Under the pieces are notes generated by a model that worked only from the letters and a program-made list of their open reading frames with translations, made no database searches and was not told where the DNA came from. The position numbers and the translations under genes are program-made. A DNA stretch of 64,000 nt from a virus. Of the stretch, positions 27,061 to 36,804 are shown piece by piece. Position 1 is the stretch's first letter. Each line of letters begins with the position of its first letter. The stretch is taken from the IMG/VR virus record IMGVR_UViG_3300044857_000313, positions 23,140 through 87,139 of that record. One strand, 5' to 3'.

Positions 27061-28980
27061 CTAATGACAATCAAACCAATTATGTCCAATGATACCTTCT
27101 GTATCTAATTGAATATGAAAATGAAAATATTCTTGTGTGTCTCTCATCGCCTGCTGGGCTTCTTCACACACAATCTTTGCAATTTCTTCTGTTCTACACG
27201 CAATCTGTTGCTCATCGTGTATCCACGCCATGAGTGCAAAATCGCCATCCCATCCATGTCTTAATCCTCTCGCCAATAATCGCTCCTCTGTCGTGACAAT
27301 CCACTTCTTGCATATCAAAGCACCTGCTGATTGCAAGAGCAGATTTAAGGCACTGTGAGGACTTCTTACATGTAGTTTGCGTCTGTCAAGACCATAGAGG
27401 AAATGGCGTTTCCATGTAACCTTAGGTTTCCCATGGCACTGTTTATAATCAATAGGGTAGACAAGTGCATTTTCTACAGCCTGTCTGAGCTTCGCAATAG
27501 CAGGAATGGCCTTATTGAATTTCTTCTTAATCTGCTTTCCCTGTCCTGCTGAACCCCCTATGATTTTACCAATCTTTGCGTCTCCTGCTCCATACAAATA
27601 AGCGTAGATAAACGTCTTCGCCTGATTGCGTGTTGGCAATCCTGCGGCTTTCTGATTCATAGTATGAATATCACCATTCAGAATCGTATGGGCATATTGG
27701 CCCCCATCATACTTATACATGAAGTGGGCAAGACAACGGAGTTCAAGACCACAAGCGTCTATCCCTGCTTGCCACCATCCGTCAGGTACTCTAAAGAGTT
27801 CTCGACATTCCTTGCCGTACGGACTACCTACATGGGGTACTTGTGCGACGTTCGGTCTGGAATGAGTAGCACGACCACTAACAGCCCCATTAGGGATAAC
27901 AGAACCATGGATATTACCATCCTTTCCAATCATAGACAACCAAGCATTTTTACCGTCTGCGAGTTGTCCTAGACGCTTTTTGAGCATCAAGGACTCCTCA
28001 AGTACAGACACAACAGACTTCACTTCATCAGGAGCTTGAGGGTCTTCCTTCATAAATCCCATGCTTTCATCATCAATCTTCAATCGACACTGTGACAAGT
28101 CAACATCATCCGCATCCGTGTCTTCCACATCATAGCAATCAATGTTTGAGGGTGAATAACCGTAATGTGTTCGTAATAGCCATTCAATCTGTTGTCTGCT
28201 ATTTGGATTAAAGTCTTTATACTTCTGAATGGGAACCCCCGCTTTATAGCCAAGGCGTTTGTTGTCTCTTTTCGGTACGAAAATCTTATCAGGTACACGA
28301 GGTACAAGCTGAATTAATTTTGCTGTCAAGACACCTGCTCTGGCACGTAAGGTAGCTTCTAGTTCTTTTGCTTTTTCAAGGTCAAAGGGAAATCCATTCT
28401 TTTCCTGTTTAGACATCAACCATGCTACTTCATGCTCAAGCTTTATGGCTTTTGGTGCATAATCGTATGAAGCCAGCTTTTCATAGAGCTTCACCGTTAC
28501 AACTACGTCCTGCTTATTGTAAGCAAGCATTTCAGGATTGTAACAAGCCCACGCATCTTCTTCCTCTCCATATGTACCCTTTAGTTCACCTAAACGATAC
28601 CCCCAAGCCTTTAGGCTATGGGATTTATACAGCTTAGAGGGGAGCTGTTTCTTTCGGATAAGTCCTGCGTCCATGTCTTCGACATGAGAATAGATGAGCC
28701 GCGACAAAACAAGGGTGTCTACTACATCCTTATGCATATCATGCGTAATCTCAAACCACGGAAAAAGTTTTGCCAAGGTGGGAAGGTCATAATTAATAAC
28801 ATTGTGTCCACAAAGACACACCCCTCTTTTCCATGCGTCATATAACTCATGAACACCTTGCTCTGCGTGTACATCATCGTATTGCTTCATCTGCTGTGTG
28901 TCTGTATCATAGACACTCAAGCAAAAAAGCTTCGTAACGTCGGCATATAAGCCGTTCGTTTCAATATCAAAGACTAACAT
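27061..28980 (-). CDS. DNA polymerase, family A (T7 gp5-like) with 3'-5' exonuclease
   Basis: MLVFDIETNGL exo I motif, GHNVINYDL, and pol motifs RNQAKTFIYAYLYGAG and HDEQQI. Confidence 0.9.
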   Translation of the reverse strand: MLVFDIETNGLYADVTKLFCLSVYDTDTQQMKQYDDVHAEQGVHELYDAWKRGVCLCGHNVINYDLPTLAKLFPWFEITHDMHKDVVDTLVLSRLIYSHVEDMDAGLIRKKQLPSKLYKSHSLKAWGYRLGELKGTYGEEEDAWACYNPEMLAYNKQDVVVTVKLYEKLASYDYAPKAIKLEHEVAWLMSKQEKNGFPFDLEKAKELEATLRARAGVLTAKLIQLVPRVPDKIFVPKRDNKRLGYKAGVPIQKYKDFNPNSRQQIEWLLRTHYGYSPSNIDCYDVEDTDADDVDLSQCRLKIDDESMGFMKEDPQAPDEVKSVVSVLEESLMLKKRLGQLADGKNAWLSMIGKDGNIHGSVIPNGAVSGRATHSRPNVAQVPHVGSPYGKECRELFRVPDGWWQAGIDACGLELRCLAHFMYKYDGGQYAHTILNGDIHTMNQKAAGLPTRNQAKTFIYAYLYGAGDAKIGKIIGGSAGQGKQIKKKFNKAIPAIAKLRQAVENALVYPIDYKQCHGKPKVTWKRHFLYGLDRRKLHVRSPHSALNLLLQSAGALICKKWIVTTEERLLARGLRHGWDGDFALMAWIHDEQQIACRTEEIAKIVCEEAQQAMRDTQEYFHFHIQLDTEGIIGHNWFDCH

Positions 28981-28993
28981 AGAACCATCCTTT

Positions 28994-29030
28994 CTATCGT
29001 AACTTTTCTAAATCTTCTGCTTCCGTATCA
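28994..29030. repeat. 37-bp direct repeat, right copy (bounds antirepressor island)
   Basis: ctatcgtaacttttctaaatcttctgcttccgtatca, identical to 30284..30320. Confidence 0.9.
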
Positions 29031-30238
29031 TCACGTTCAATCATGGGAATAATACCGTGCTTCTTAAGTAGCTGATATAAGAACAAGCGTCCTTTTTGTG
29101 TCCATTCAGTCTGCATTTTACAAGCAGTGCGTCCACTGGATAAAGTTAAATGGAAGGTCTTACTATGAGTATAACCTTTATTCTGGTACTTAGCATACAG
29201 TAACCACTGTTCTCTGAGCTTATAAATAACATGTAGTGCATGAAGCATTTCATTGAATACCTTAGCACTCATCCCATAGTCTTTTGCAATTACTGTTATT
29301 GGGACAGTATTATTGCTAGACAAGATAAGGTCGGTGTAAGCGGCTTTTGGTTTTAATTCGCCGATTACCTGTTTTGCACTGGCCGCTTCCAGTTCGGCAC
29401 ACTTTCTTGCTTCTCGTTCAGCTTTCAGTTCCGTAGCCAATTTAATGAGGGTATCTGGATTTAGCAGAACTTCTTCAATTTTCTCGGGTGTTAAGTACGC
29501 CCCATGTTTACGGATTGCTGGGAGAACTTCATCAGCCAGAACAGCCTGGAACTTCTGTGCCGCTTCATTGCTGGCCTTGAATCCCAGCCGGTACACCATG
29601 TTTTCCGGAAGAAAATCATCTTTCCCCACAAGTGGGGAAAATCCAAATTCATGAAGATACTGGTTGACTCTGTCCCATCGGATGTATTCAACACCGTTCT
29701 TTTCTTGCGTAAATCCAAATCCTCGCGCCACGTCTTCGGCATTCAGATAGGCCGTACCATTTTCCTTATCCAAGTATCCGCGGACGTTATTGATATTTAT
29801 AATTTCATGCGTGCTTCTGCTCCTTTCAAACGAGTCTGTATCCTCGCATTGGAGTGCGTCTTCATTCGTCATTGTTTCGGCGTTAGCGGTGTCCCCGCCG
29901 GTCTTTCTGATTGCCGGAAGAACCTCGCTTGTTACCCAGCGTTTAAACTTTTTGGCTGTCGGAAGCTTTGACCACATTACTAAGCTGTATAAGCCCGATT
30001 CGTTGATGAAACTTGGATACTGGTTACGACCAAGAGAGTCTTTGATGGATAGGGTAGCATTTCGTGCCCCCATCTTTTTGTCTTCATCATCCACACGGTT
30101 ACGAAGTGCTTGGTTGTGATTTGTATAACCAAGAGCTGTAGCCACATCTTTACCAACAAACCAAGGTTCGCCATTAATTAATATTGTACGTACCTTACCA
30201 AATGCCTTATTTTCAAAGATTATTAATTCGTTACTCAT
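28994..30238 (-). CDS. Bro-N / KilAC (ANT) domain antirepressor-like protein
   Basis: The N-terminal segment FENKAFGKVRTILINGEPWFVGKDVATALGY looks like a Bro-N domain. A second Bro-like repeat and an ANT-like C-terminus follow. The last 11 codons duplicate the end of ORF 30284..30469. Confidence 0.75.
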   Translation of the reverse strand: MSNELIIFENKAFGKVRTILINGEPWFVGKDVATALGYTNHNQALRNRVDDEDKKMGARNATLSIKDSLGRNQYPSFINESGLYSLVMWSKLPTAKKFKRWVTSEVLPAIRKTGGDTANAETMTNEDALQCEDTDSFERSRSTHEIININNVRGYLDKENGTAYLNAEDVARGFGFTQEKNGVEYIRWDRVNQYLHEFGFSPLVGKDDFLPENMVYRLGFKASNEAAQKFQAVLADEVLPAIRKHGAYLTPEKIEEVLLNPDTLIKLATELKAEREARKCAELEAASAKQVIGELKPKAAYTDLILSSNNTVPITVIAKDYGMSAKVFNEMLHALHVIYKLREQWLLYAKYQNKGYTHSKTFHLTLSSGRTACKMQTEWTQKGRLFLYQLLKKHGIIPMIERDDTEAEDLEKLR

Positions 30239-30283
30239 ATTAAGTTCTCCTTCCAACTATAAATATTTAGACGCACTAATTGC

Positions 30284-30320
30284 CTATCGTAACTTTTCTA
30301 AATCTTCTGCTTCCGTATCA
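30284..30320. repeat. 37-bp direct repeat, left copy
   Basis: Identical to 28994..29030. Confidence 0.9.
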
Positions 30321-30469
30321 AGATTGAAAGCTTCATTACGTAGTTTACTCGCAAGCTCTCTCTCTTTATCAGCAAGCAAACTAATTTTCTTCTGTCGCTG
30401 TGCCTGTACCTTAAGGCTCCACTGATACAGTTTTCGCCACAAGGCATCATAGAATTTAATGAGCCACAT
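30284..30469 (-). CDS. Hypothetical coiled-coil protein
   Basis: 61-aa ORF whose 3' end is duplicated at the end of the antirepressor gene. Confidence 0.45.
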   Translation of the reverse strand: MWLIKFYDALWRKLYQWSLKVQAQRQKKISLLADKERELASKLRNEAFNLDTEAEDLEKLR

Positions 30470-30482
30470 TAAGACACCCCCC

Positions 30483-32267
30483 TTACTTCTTCAAATGATG
30501 ATAAAAGCGTTTCCCTGCTTCCTTCTGTCTTGCTTCGGAGAAGTTGCTAATGCGTTTCAGATATCCGATAACACGAGTACCATAATCTACATCATTACTC
30601 CCACATTTCACACAATGATTTTCTGTGTCTGTGTTGATATAGCCACAATCATTGCAAATCGTACATAAGACATTGGTTGTCCAATACTGTACGCCATAGT
30701 CGGCACACAGCCTATACAAAAGGACAAACTGTTCTGCACTCAACATCTGTTCAAGATTCAGATGTAGAGCCGAGCCACCATCAAGGTACTGCACAATATC
30801 CTTTGAATACAGTTTGATTTTATCGAGTACGTTCACCTTCGTGTCTTCTACAGGGTAGAAATAACTATTGTAGCAACCACGAGGTACATAAAGACCTGCT
30901 TCCTTGTCCCATTTAGCATTTTTAACGCCGAGATTTTCGGCAGGGACAAACTCAGTATTAAAGCGGACGCCGTACTCAGACAGAGCGGCCTTATTGGACA
31001 TCGTAAGGAAAGACAACAAGGACTGTAAGTAATTCGGATATTCCTTATCTGTCACTGCACCTTTCTTGTCTCTCAGGTACTCAAAGTATTCCAAGACACC
31101 ATTGACACCAAGGGTCAAGAACTGTTTATCAATGTCCATAAATCCCTGTGTGTAAGCAGGGAGCAAACCTGCATCAATGTAACCTTTCAGCACTTCACGA
31201 TGAGCCAACAGGTACTTATGTACTCTGTCCACTACTTCGTCAAGCTTAATCCCACACTGACCGATGCGGTTGATGTTCAAGCTAATGACACGAGCAGAAC
31301 CCGTAACAACACCACCTGCGCCCAAAGTGTAGCTGAACGTGTTATCAGCTAATTCATTGCGCAAGCGGCAACAAGACGCAAGACTATCTACCTTATCAGA
31401 CATATAGACAAAGAAGGAAAGACCCCGTGCCTGTTCATCTGCCAGTGTATACATAAAAGTATTATCTTTGAAATCACCTTTGCCATCGGTCAAGAGTGCG
31501 GCGGTGACAACAGGGAACGTCAACAATTCTTTTTTTCGTTCTTGTCTGAACCATTGCAAGAAATATCTCTGCAAACTATAGGTGCTTTCAATGTCTACCT
31601 GTGTACCGTCTGGATAGTAGAAACCCCCAAACATTTCTTTCAGGTAATCATGGTCAAACACACTAATGTTCCAAAATACCGACTGGTCACCTCTTGCGCT
31701 AGCTGGCTGATTCAGTGCGTAGACAACACCCTGAAATTCCTGAGCGACTTCTTCAAAATGCTTCTTGAGGTAATCTTTGCCCCACTGTTTGCGTGCAAAG
31801 TAATCAAACATATGGAGAAACTCAACGGTAGCAATAGCACCACTAAAATTACTTGCAATCTGATAAACAAGATTGACAAATGAGCCGCAAAAACTCTGCA
31901 AGTTCTTGGGTGCTTTAGACACACCACCTAAACACTTCGTACCTTCCAACAAGAAGGGATACAAAGTGATACTGGCACAATAAGGCTTCAAAGATGTTTC
32001 ATCATGTGTATAGATATAATGATTTGCAAGGTCATCTTCATACGCCTTTGCCATATCTTCACCAAACATCTGAGTCAGTTTGTCTTTAACCAACTTACGA
32101 TTAATCTGGATAGTGTCTGGTTTAAATAATTCAGCTTCCAAGCCTGCAATCGTCTTCTGAGTAACATTACTGTTCGCATCTACCTTAGATGCCGTAGCGG
32201 CATTGGGAGACACCATATAATCATGGATGTACTTAATCTTTTCTTTTAAATCAACCTTTGGTAACAT
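30483..32267 (-). CDS. nrdD: Anaerobic ribonucleoside-triphosphate reductase (class III)
   Basis: C-terminal CNDCG..CVKCG zinc site followed by the glycyl-radical motif TRVIGYL. Start set at MLPKV with a GAAGGTGGAG SD. Confidence 0.85.
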   Translation of the reverse strand: MLPKVDLKEKIKYIHDYMVSPNAATASKVDANSNVTQKTIAGLEAELFKPDTIQINRKLVKDKLTQMFGEDMAKAYEDDLANHYIYTHDETSLKPYCASITLYPFLLEGTKCLGGVSKAPKNLQSFCGSFVNLVYQIASNFSGAIATVEFLHMFDYFARKQWGKDYLKKHFEEVAQEFQGVVYALNQPASARGDQSVFWNISVFDHDYLKEMFGGFYYPDGTQVDIESTYSLQRYFLQWFRQERKKELLTFPVVTAALLTDGKGDFKDNTFMYTLADEQARGLSFFVYMSDKVDSLASCCRLRNELADNTFSYTLGAGGVVTGSARVISLNINRIGQCGIKLDEVVDRVHKYLLAHREVLKGYIDAGLLPAYTQGFMDIDKQFLTLGVNGVLEYFEYLRDKKGAVTDKEYPNYLQSLLSFLTMSNKAALSEYGVRFNTEFVPAENLGVKNAKWDKEAGLYVPRGCYNSYFYPVEDTKVNVLDKIKLYSKDIVQYLDGGSALHLNLEQMLSAEQFVLLYRLCADYGVQYWTTNVLCTICNDCGYINTDTENHCVKCGSNDVDYGTRVIGYLKRISNFSEARQKEAGKRFYHHLKK

Positions 32268-32808
32268 TCTCCACCTTCTTCCAAAATTTGTGTGTCTCAT
32301 CCAAAAAGCAAGGCTGAACAAACACCACATTGTCATTTTTATCTAAACGGTAAGACTGCGAGATGTAGTAAAAGCGTTGATTTGTCCGAGGACTTTCAAG
32401 GCCACCTAAAGTCTCAACATAGGGGCCTGTCTTCAGCCAAGTACAATGCCCTTCAACTGCAATCATCTTGTCATGTTCTTCATCATCACTCCCACTATAC
32501 AGCCCTGTAGGAGCAATAAAGGACAAATCACTGAGGAGAGCGATTAAAGATTCATCTGTGATATGCTTATTATTTGTACCACCCATTACAACAATAGCGT
32601 TTGCCCCTGCATCAATGGCGTCCTGTGCTTCTTCTAAAACATCAATAAGGGGCGTTAAGGGTACATCTTCTTTCTGTAATTCTGGACTGTGACAGCCAAC
32701 ACAATGCTGTTTGCAAGCCCCTAATTCAATCGCATAGGCCAGTTTATCAGGCAATTCGTTGAATGTAATATCTGTATTAACAACAGGGTACTTTAAAACT
32801 CTTGACAT
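32251..32808 (-). CDS. nrdG: Anaerobic RNR activating enzyme (radical SAM)
   Basis: CKQHCVGC (CxxxCxxC) cluster motif; adjacent to and overlapping nrdD. Confidence 0.75.
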   Translation of the reverse strand: MSRVLKYPVVNTDITFNELPDKLAYAIELGACKQHCVGCHSPELQKEDVPLTPLIDVLEEAQDAIDAGANAIVVMGGTNNKHITDESLIALLSDLSFIAPTGLYSGSDDEEHDKMIAVEGHCTWLKTGPYVETLGGLESPRTNQRFYYISQSYRLDKNDNVVFVQPCFLDETHKFWKKVENVTKG

Positions 32809-34385
32809 GATTCATCTTCCTCTCCAAGTAATCTGTGTCTGTCCTTATCCCAATGGAGATAGCCTGCAAGCCCTGTTGAACCTGCAAAGCGATTCTTTAA
32901 GACACGAATTTTAATCAAGTTTCTTTCAGATTCATCCTCTGCCTGTTGATTGCGTTCAAGGGCCAATACTTCATCAGGTAACTGCTTCAATGTACCACTA
33001 CCCCGCAAGTCATCCAGAGAGATGATTCCACCTTCTTCAAAGGATTTTTCACCACTTGTCTTTTTCAAATGGGATATAACAATCATTCCGACACCCGTTT
33101 CTTCAACGAGTGACCTTAATTGCGTCATCAACTTATCAATGGTCTTTCGCTCATCTCCACCCTCATCCATGCCAGACACGGCAATAGATATATGGTCAAA
33201 GATAATAAAATCACACTGTTCCGCCACGGCTAAATAGCGGATACGCGACAACAGGTTCCCGCTCTCAACAGAACCAAAATGGTCATAGAGGACAAATCGT
33301 TTATCGCTGAACAGCTCTTCATAGGCTGTCTTTAACTTATCCTTGTCTACACTACCCCACATAATAGATAGAGGTTTTTCAACATGGATAGACAACAACT
33401 CGCGGAGTGTCTTCTTCGGATTTTCTTCAAGAAAGACAAGCCCAATTTTCAGTCCATCCTTCACCTTGAGTTTGTAGGCAATCTCACGAGCCGCTGTAGA
33501 CTTCCCAATGCCTGTGCCTGCTGTCAGCATCACCAATTCCCCTTTACGGAGTCCCTTCGTGATACTTTTCAGCCCCTTGCACCAAGGGTAGTCATAACAC
33601 TGAGCTTCTGTGTCATCACTAAAAAATTCATCTTCAATGTCAGCGGCGTTGATAATCCCATCTGGCCTATATTCCTTCGCGGTGAATATAGCCTGTATGA
33701 TTGCATCTCCCTTACCTGCTACAAGACATGCATTAGCATCTTTTTCTGGTAAGTCTGCAATCTTTAGTTTGTGTGGGGACAACATCCCCTGCACATCCTC
33801 AACAGCCTTTCGTCCCTGAGCGTCCATGTCAAACATGACAATGACTTCATCAAAAGACTCTAGCCATTCGAGGTTTTCTTTAAAGGTACGTTTAGCCGAC
33901 GTACACCCATGAGGTAAAGACACAACAGGCCACTTGTTACCACCCATCTGTGACACAGTCAGACAATCAATCTCTCCCTCTGTAATGACAAGCTTCTTGC
34001 CACTATGGAAAAGATTCTGTCCAAAAAATCTGTAAGCAGAAGTACCGTTCAGATAGAACTTCTTGTCCTTTGTTCGTAACTTCTGAAAAAGAACAGAACC
34101 GTCCTCATCACAATACTCTGCGACTTGAACGGTTCCTAGCTGTGTCTTTGTAACATAATAGCCATAACGCTCACATGTTTCAGCAGACAAACCTCTCGCG
34201 CGGAGTGTCTTAAACTCCATGTCCTCATGGGGAATAATGGCATGTTTAGTCACCTCTATACCTTCTTTCGGAAACTCTGTATGATGACAACTGAAACAGT
34301 ATGTGTGTCCATCGTCATACAACGTAGCGGCATCATGACTTCCGCAATAAGGACACGGAATATGTGCCTGTACAATTTCCGACAT
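32793..34385 (-). CDS. Primase-helicase (T7 gp4-like)
   Basis: N-terminal CPYCG..CFSC zinc finger, Toprim region, Walker A GTGIGKST, and an acidic C-terminus ending in F. Confidence 0.9.
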   Translation of the reverse strand: MSEIVQAHIPCPYCGSHDAATLYDDGHTYCFSCHHTEFPKEGIEVTKHAIIPHEDMEFKTLRARGLSAETCERYGYYVTKTQLGTVQVAEYCDEDGSVLFQKLRTKDKKFYLNGTSAYRFFGQNLFHSGKKLVITEGEIDCLTVSQMGGNKWPVVSLPHGCTSAKRTFKENLEWLESFDEVIVMFDMDAQGRKAVEDVQGMLSPHKLKIADLPEKDANACLVAGKGDAIIQAIFTAKEYRPDGIINAADIEDEFFSDDTEAQCYDYPWCKGLKSITKGLRKGELVMLTAGTGIGKSTAAREIAYKLKVKDGLKIGLVFLEENPKKTLRELLSIHVEKPLSIMWGSVDKDKLKTAYEELFSDKRFVLYDHFGSVESGNLLSRIRYLAVAEQCDFIIFDHISIAVSGMDEGGDERKTIDKLMTQLRSLVEETGVGMIVISHLKKTSGEKSFEEGGIISLDDLRGSGTLKQLPDEVLALERNQQAEDESERNLIKIRVLKNRFAGSTGLAGYLHWDKDRHRLLGEEDESCQEF

Positions 34386-34387
34386 GG

Positions 34388-34720
34388 TTAGTCGTCCCCA
34401 TAGTGTACAGCAAGTGTGTATTTGTTCTTAATGTCCCTCATGGTTTTGCGCTGTGCATCGGACATGTCCTTTTCATTAGCACAACCAACCAACAGCACAT
34501 AGACGGAATCTTCCGCATGAGCGAGTCTATAGTCACCATAAGCAAGGAAGGGAATCCCTTCTTTTACTTCACCGTTCGGCATCACAATCAAATGATACCC
34601 GATATTGAACAGCCCTTCTCGTCGCTGTTCTACATAAATTTCCCGAACGGTCTTCACCTTCGGTTCAAATAAGACACGCACCATGTTAGTTTCCTCTCTT
34701 TCTTTGTACTTTAAATTCAT
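34388..34720 (-). CDS. Truncated T7 lysozyme (gp3.5)-like protein lacking amidase zinc ligands
   Basis: MVRVLFEP and GLFNIGYHLIVMPNGEV parallel T7 gp3.5 (MARVQFKQ; WLDVGYHFIIKRDGTV). The HCSAT and HHEVAPKACP segments are absent. The alternative start is at 34684. Confidence 0.55.
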   Translation of the reverse strand: MNLKYKEREETNMVRVLFEPKVKTVREIYVEQRREGLFNIGYHLIVMPNGEVKEGIPFLAYGDYRLAHAEDSVYVLLVGCANEKDMSDAQRKTMRDIKNKYTLAVHYGDD

Positions 34721-34735
34721 TTTCTCACCCCAATA

Positions 34736-35089
34736 TTATTTTTTATTTTTGGGGATAAGACCTTTTGTAGACTTCTTCTTTTCTCTAAACCATGCGTCGG
34801 GAATCTGTCTAGTGGAGTATTTAAATCCATTTTTCTCCGCCCAATCCGCATAGGTTGTCTTACTGCCTTTATACAACTTCAACTTAGGATTCTGGAAGAC
34901 AAACCGAATATCCAAATCAGGATACTGCATCTTGATAAGCAAGTGCTTCTGTCTGTCTTCCCTCTCAAAAATCCCTTTTGCTTCTATAATGATTCCATTT
35001 GGCAACACAAAGTCTGGAGTATACTTATGCTGTGTAGCAGGTTTTTCATAATTGATGTAGTACATCTCATACTTTTCCTGCTTCTTCAA
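34736..35089 (-). CDS. Endonuclease I (T7 gp3-like Holliday-junction resolvase); N-terminus out of frame
   Basis: YTPDFVLPNGIIIEAKG..DRQKHLLI..LDIRFVF..KLYKGS matches T7 gp3. The homologous N-terminal coding continues in frame upstream, but its ATG (35166..35164) is offset by one base at a G5 run. Confidence 0.85.
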   Translation of the reverse strand: MKKQEKYEMYYINYEKPATQHKYTPDFVLPNGIIIEAKGIFEREDRQKHLLIKMQYPDLDIRFVFQNPKLKLYKGSKTTYADWAEKNGFKYSTRQIPDAWFREKKKSTKGLIPKNKK

Positions 35090-35201
35090 CTCTTGAATCT
35101 GTGCGCTAATTGTGTCTTCAAAATGGCTTCTCTTTTTAGGTGGTCTGTATGTATACGCACCCCCATTACAAAAACTTCTTCTCAGGTCTTATCACCACAC
35201 T

Positions 35202-35834
35202 TTAGAAATCTTCACCGTCATCCGAACCATCCGTGAACGGTACGTCTACATCCGAACGTGTGTCTTCTTCATCGTCCTCAATGACAGACGTAGAATCAAA
35301 GGCGTCTTCATGCTTCTTAAAGCCAAAAGAGCTTGCATCCTGCCCATTACCATACGGAACGTACTTCAACAACTGAACCGCCTGCAAGCGGAAAGACACA
35401 CCAAAGTTTTTCGATGTATTGTAATACGGAAAGAGCTGATAGGCTACAGCAACAACACTACCATTCCCAATAGAACTCTTGATTTTTCGAGTGACAGGGC
35501 GTTCAGCACCATCAAAGACAGGAACAACCTTGTCAATTTCTTTGCCAGCTTTCGTTACAATGTGAGCATTGGTAACAAATTTGACGCTTGCGTCACCATT
35601 ATCATCTTCACGGTACGAACCCATGTTAGGCTCAGCGGCAAACTTTTTGTTCTTGAGTGTTTCTTTAAATTCTTCCCAAATCGTCTGGGCTTCCTGCATC
35701 AAGTTATTCATGTCTTCAACAGACGGAACAAGTGTAATGCTATATTTATTTGTGTCTGTGCCATTAAAGGTTTCTGTGTCTGCTAAATGACACCACATAG
35801 CCTTCCCTGTAATTACACCATCATTCATGTTCAT
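35202..35834 (-). CDS. ssDNA-binding protein (T7 gp2.5-like)
   Basis: 210 aa in the gp2.5 position, with an acidic C-terminal tail ending in Phe (DGSDDGEDF). Confidence 0.7.
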   Translation of the reverse strand: MNMNDGVITGKAMWCHLADTETFNGTDTNKYSITLVPSVEDMNNLMQEAQTIWEEFKETLKNKKFAAEPNMGSYREDDNGDASVKFVTNAHIVTKAGKEIDKVVPVFDGAERPVTRKIKSSIGNGSVVAVAYQLFPYYNTSKNFGVSFRLQAVQLLKYVPYGNGQDASSFGFKKHEDAFDSTSVIEDDEEDTRSDVDVPFTDGSDDGEDF

Positions 35835-35849
35835 GTTTCATTCTCCTTT

Positions 35850-36083
35850 TTATAATAAGCTTGCACGAGTAACTAAAATCATGCCGTCGGCATTTTCGAG
35901 TAGTAAATCTGCTATGGCTGTCTTAATGCCATCATCAAGCTTTACATGCTTCCTGCGGGACTTAGCGGCAATTACGCCTAAAAGACACAAGGTATCATTG
36001 TCATAAGTTCCCCCATATAAAAATCGCAGGAGCTTGTTTGCATAGACAGTATAAGGTTTGTTCATTGTTTCCTTCATGTTCAT
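35850..36083 (-). CDS. Hypothetical protein
   Basis: 77-aa ORF with an AAAGGAGA SD. Confidence 0.45.
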   Translation of the reverse strand: MNMKETMNKPYTVYANKLLRFLYGGTYDNDTLCLLGVIAAKSRRKHVKLDDGIKTAIADLLLENADGMILVTRASLL

Positions 36084-36104
36084 TTCTCCTTTTTGTAATG
36101 GTTA

Positions 36105-36797
36105 TTACAATACGATACGTTCCCCGTTCTTGATTGTATCTAACCACATTTCATAGACACAAAGTTTATCATAATCAGCTTTCATATCTTCCTCAGTACC
36201 TTTATGCCCCATACGGAGCCGATATTTAAGGATGTTACCTTTCAGGAATCCAATAAGTTCTTCATGACTAAAGAAAGCTTGCATCACAAGAATAGGCTCT
36301 ACAACTGCATTACGGTAATGTTTATCATGCAGGATGTCTTCCTGTGTGTCTTCTTCTTCACAGATAGGAAAAACACGCTCTTCATTAACCATGATTACTT
36401 CATCACTGCCACGGAACCGTACATCGTATATTACTGGGCAAGTTTCAGGAAATACCGATATGTGTAGACCAACAACTACTGCATAACCACTTTCGTGTGG
36501 TGGCATAGCCGCCCAATCCGACATGTCTACCCATACAATATCAAAGATATTAATTTTTCTCATGGTTAATCTAGTCCTTTCCTGTGTGTCTTCTTCTTCA
36601 CAGATAGGAGTAATACACCGTTCATCAACGGTGATTACCTTATGACTTCCACGAAACTGTACACAATACATTACTGCGTCGCTTCCAGAGATAACACGTA
36701 TGTCAATAACTACTGCATAACCACTATCATGTGGTGGTGTGAACGAACAGTTAGACATATCAACCCACACGGTATCGTCAATATTAATTTCTCTCAT
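36105..36797 (-). CDS. Protein with duplicated N-terminal domain and DUF3310-like C-terminus
   Basis: Two ~77-aa repeats (MREINIDDTVWVDM.. / MRKINIFDIVWVDM..), then a NILKYRLRMGHKG..DYDKL..Y..WL motif. Confidence 0.6.
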   Translation of the reverse strand: MREINIDDTVWVDMSNCSFTPPHDSGYAVVIDIRVISGSDAVMYCVQFRGSHKVITVDERCITPICEEEDTQERTRLTMRKINIFDIVWVDMSDWAAMPPHESGYAVVVGLHISVFPETCPVIYDVRFRGSDEVIMVNEERVFPICEEEDTQEDILHDKHYRNAVVEPILVMQAFFSHEELIGFLKGNILKYRLRMGHKGTEEDMKADYDKLCVYEMWLDTIKNGERIVL

Positions 36798-36804
36798 GGT
36801 TCAT

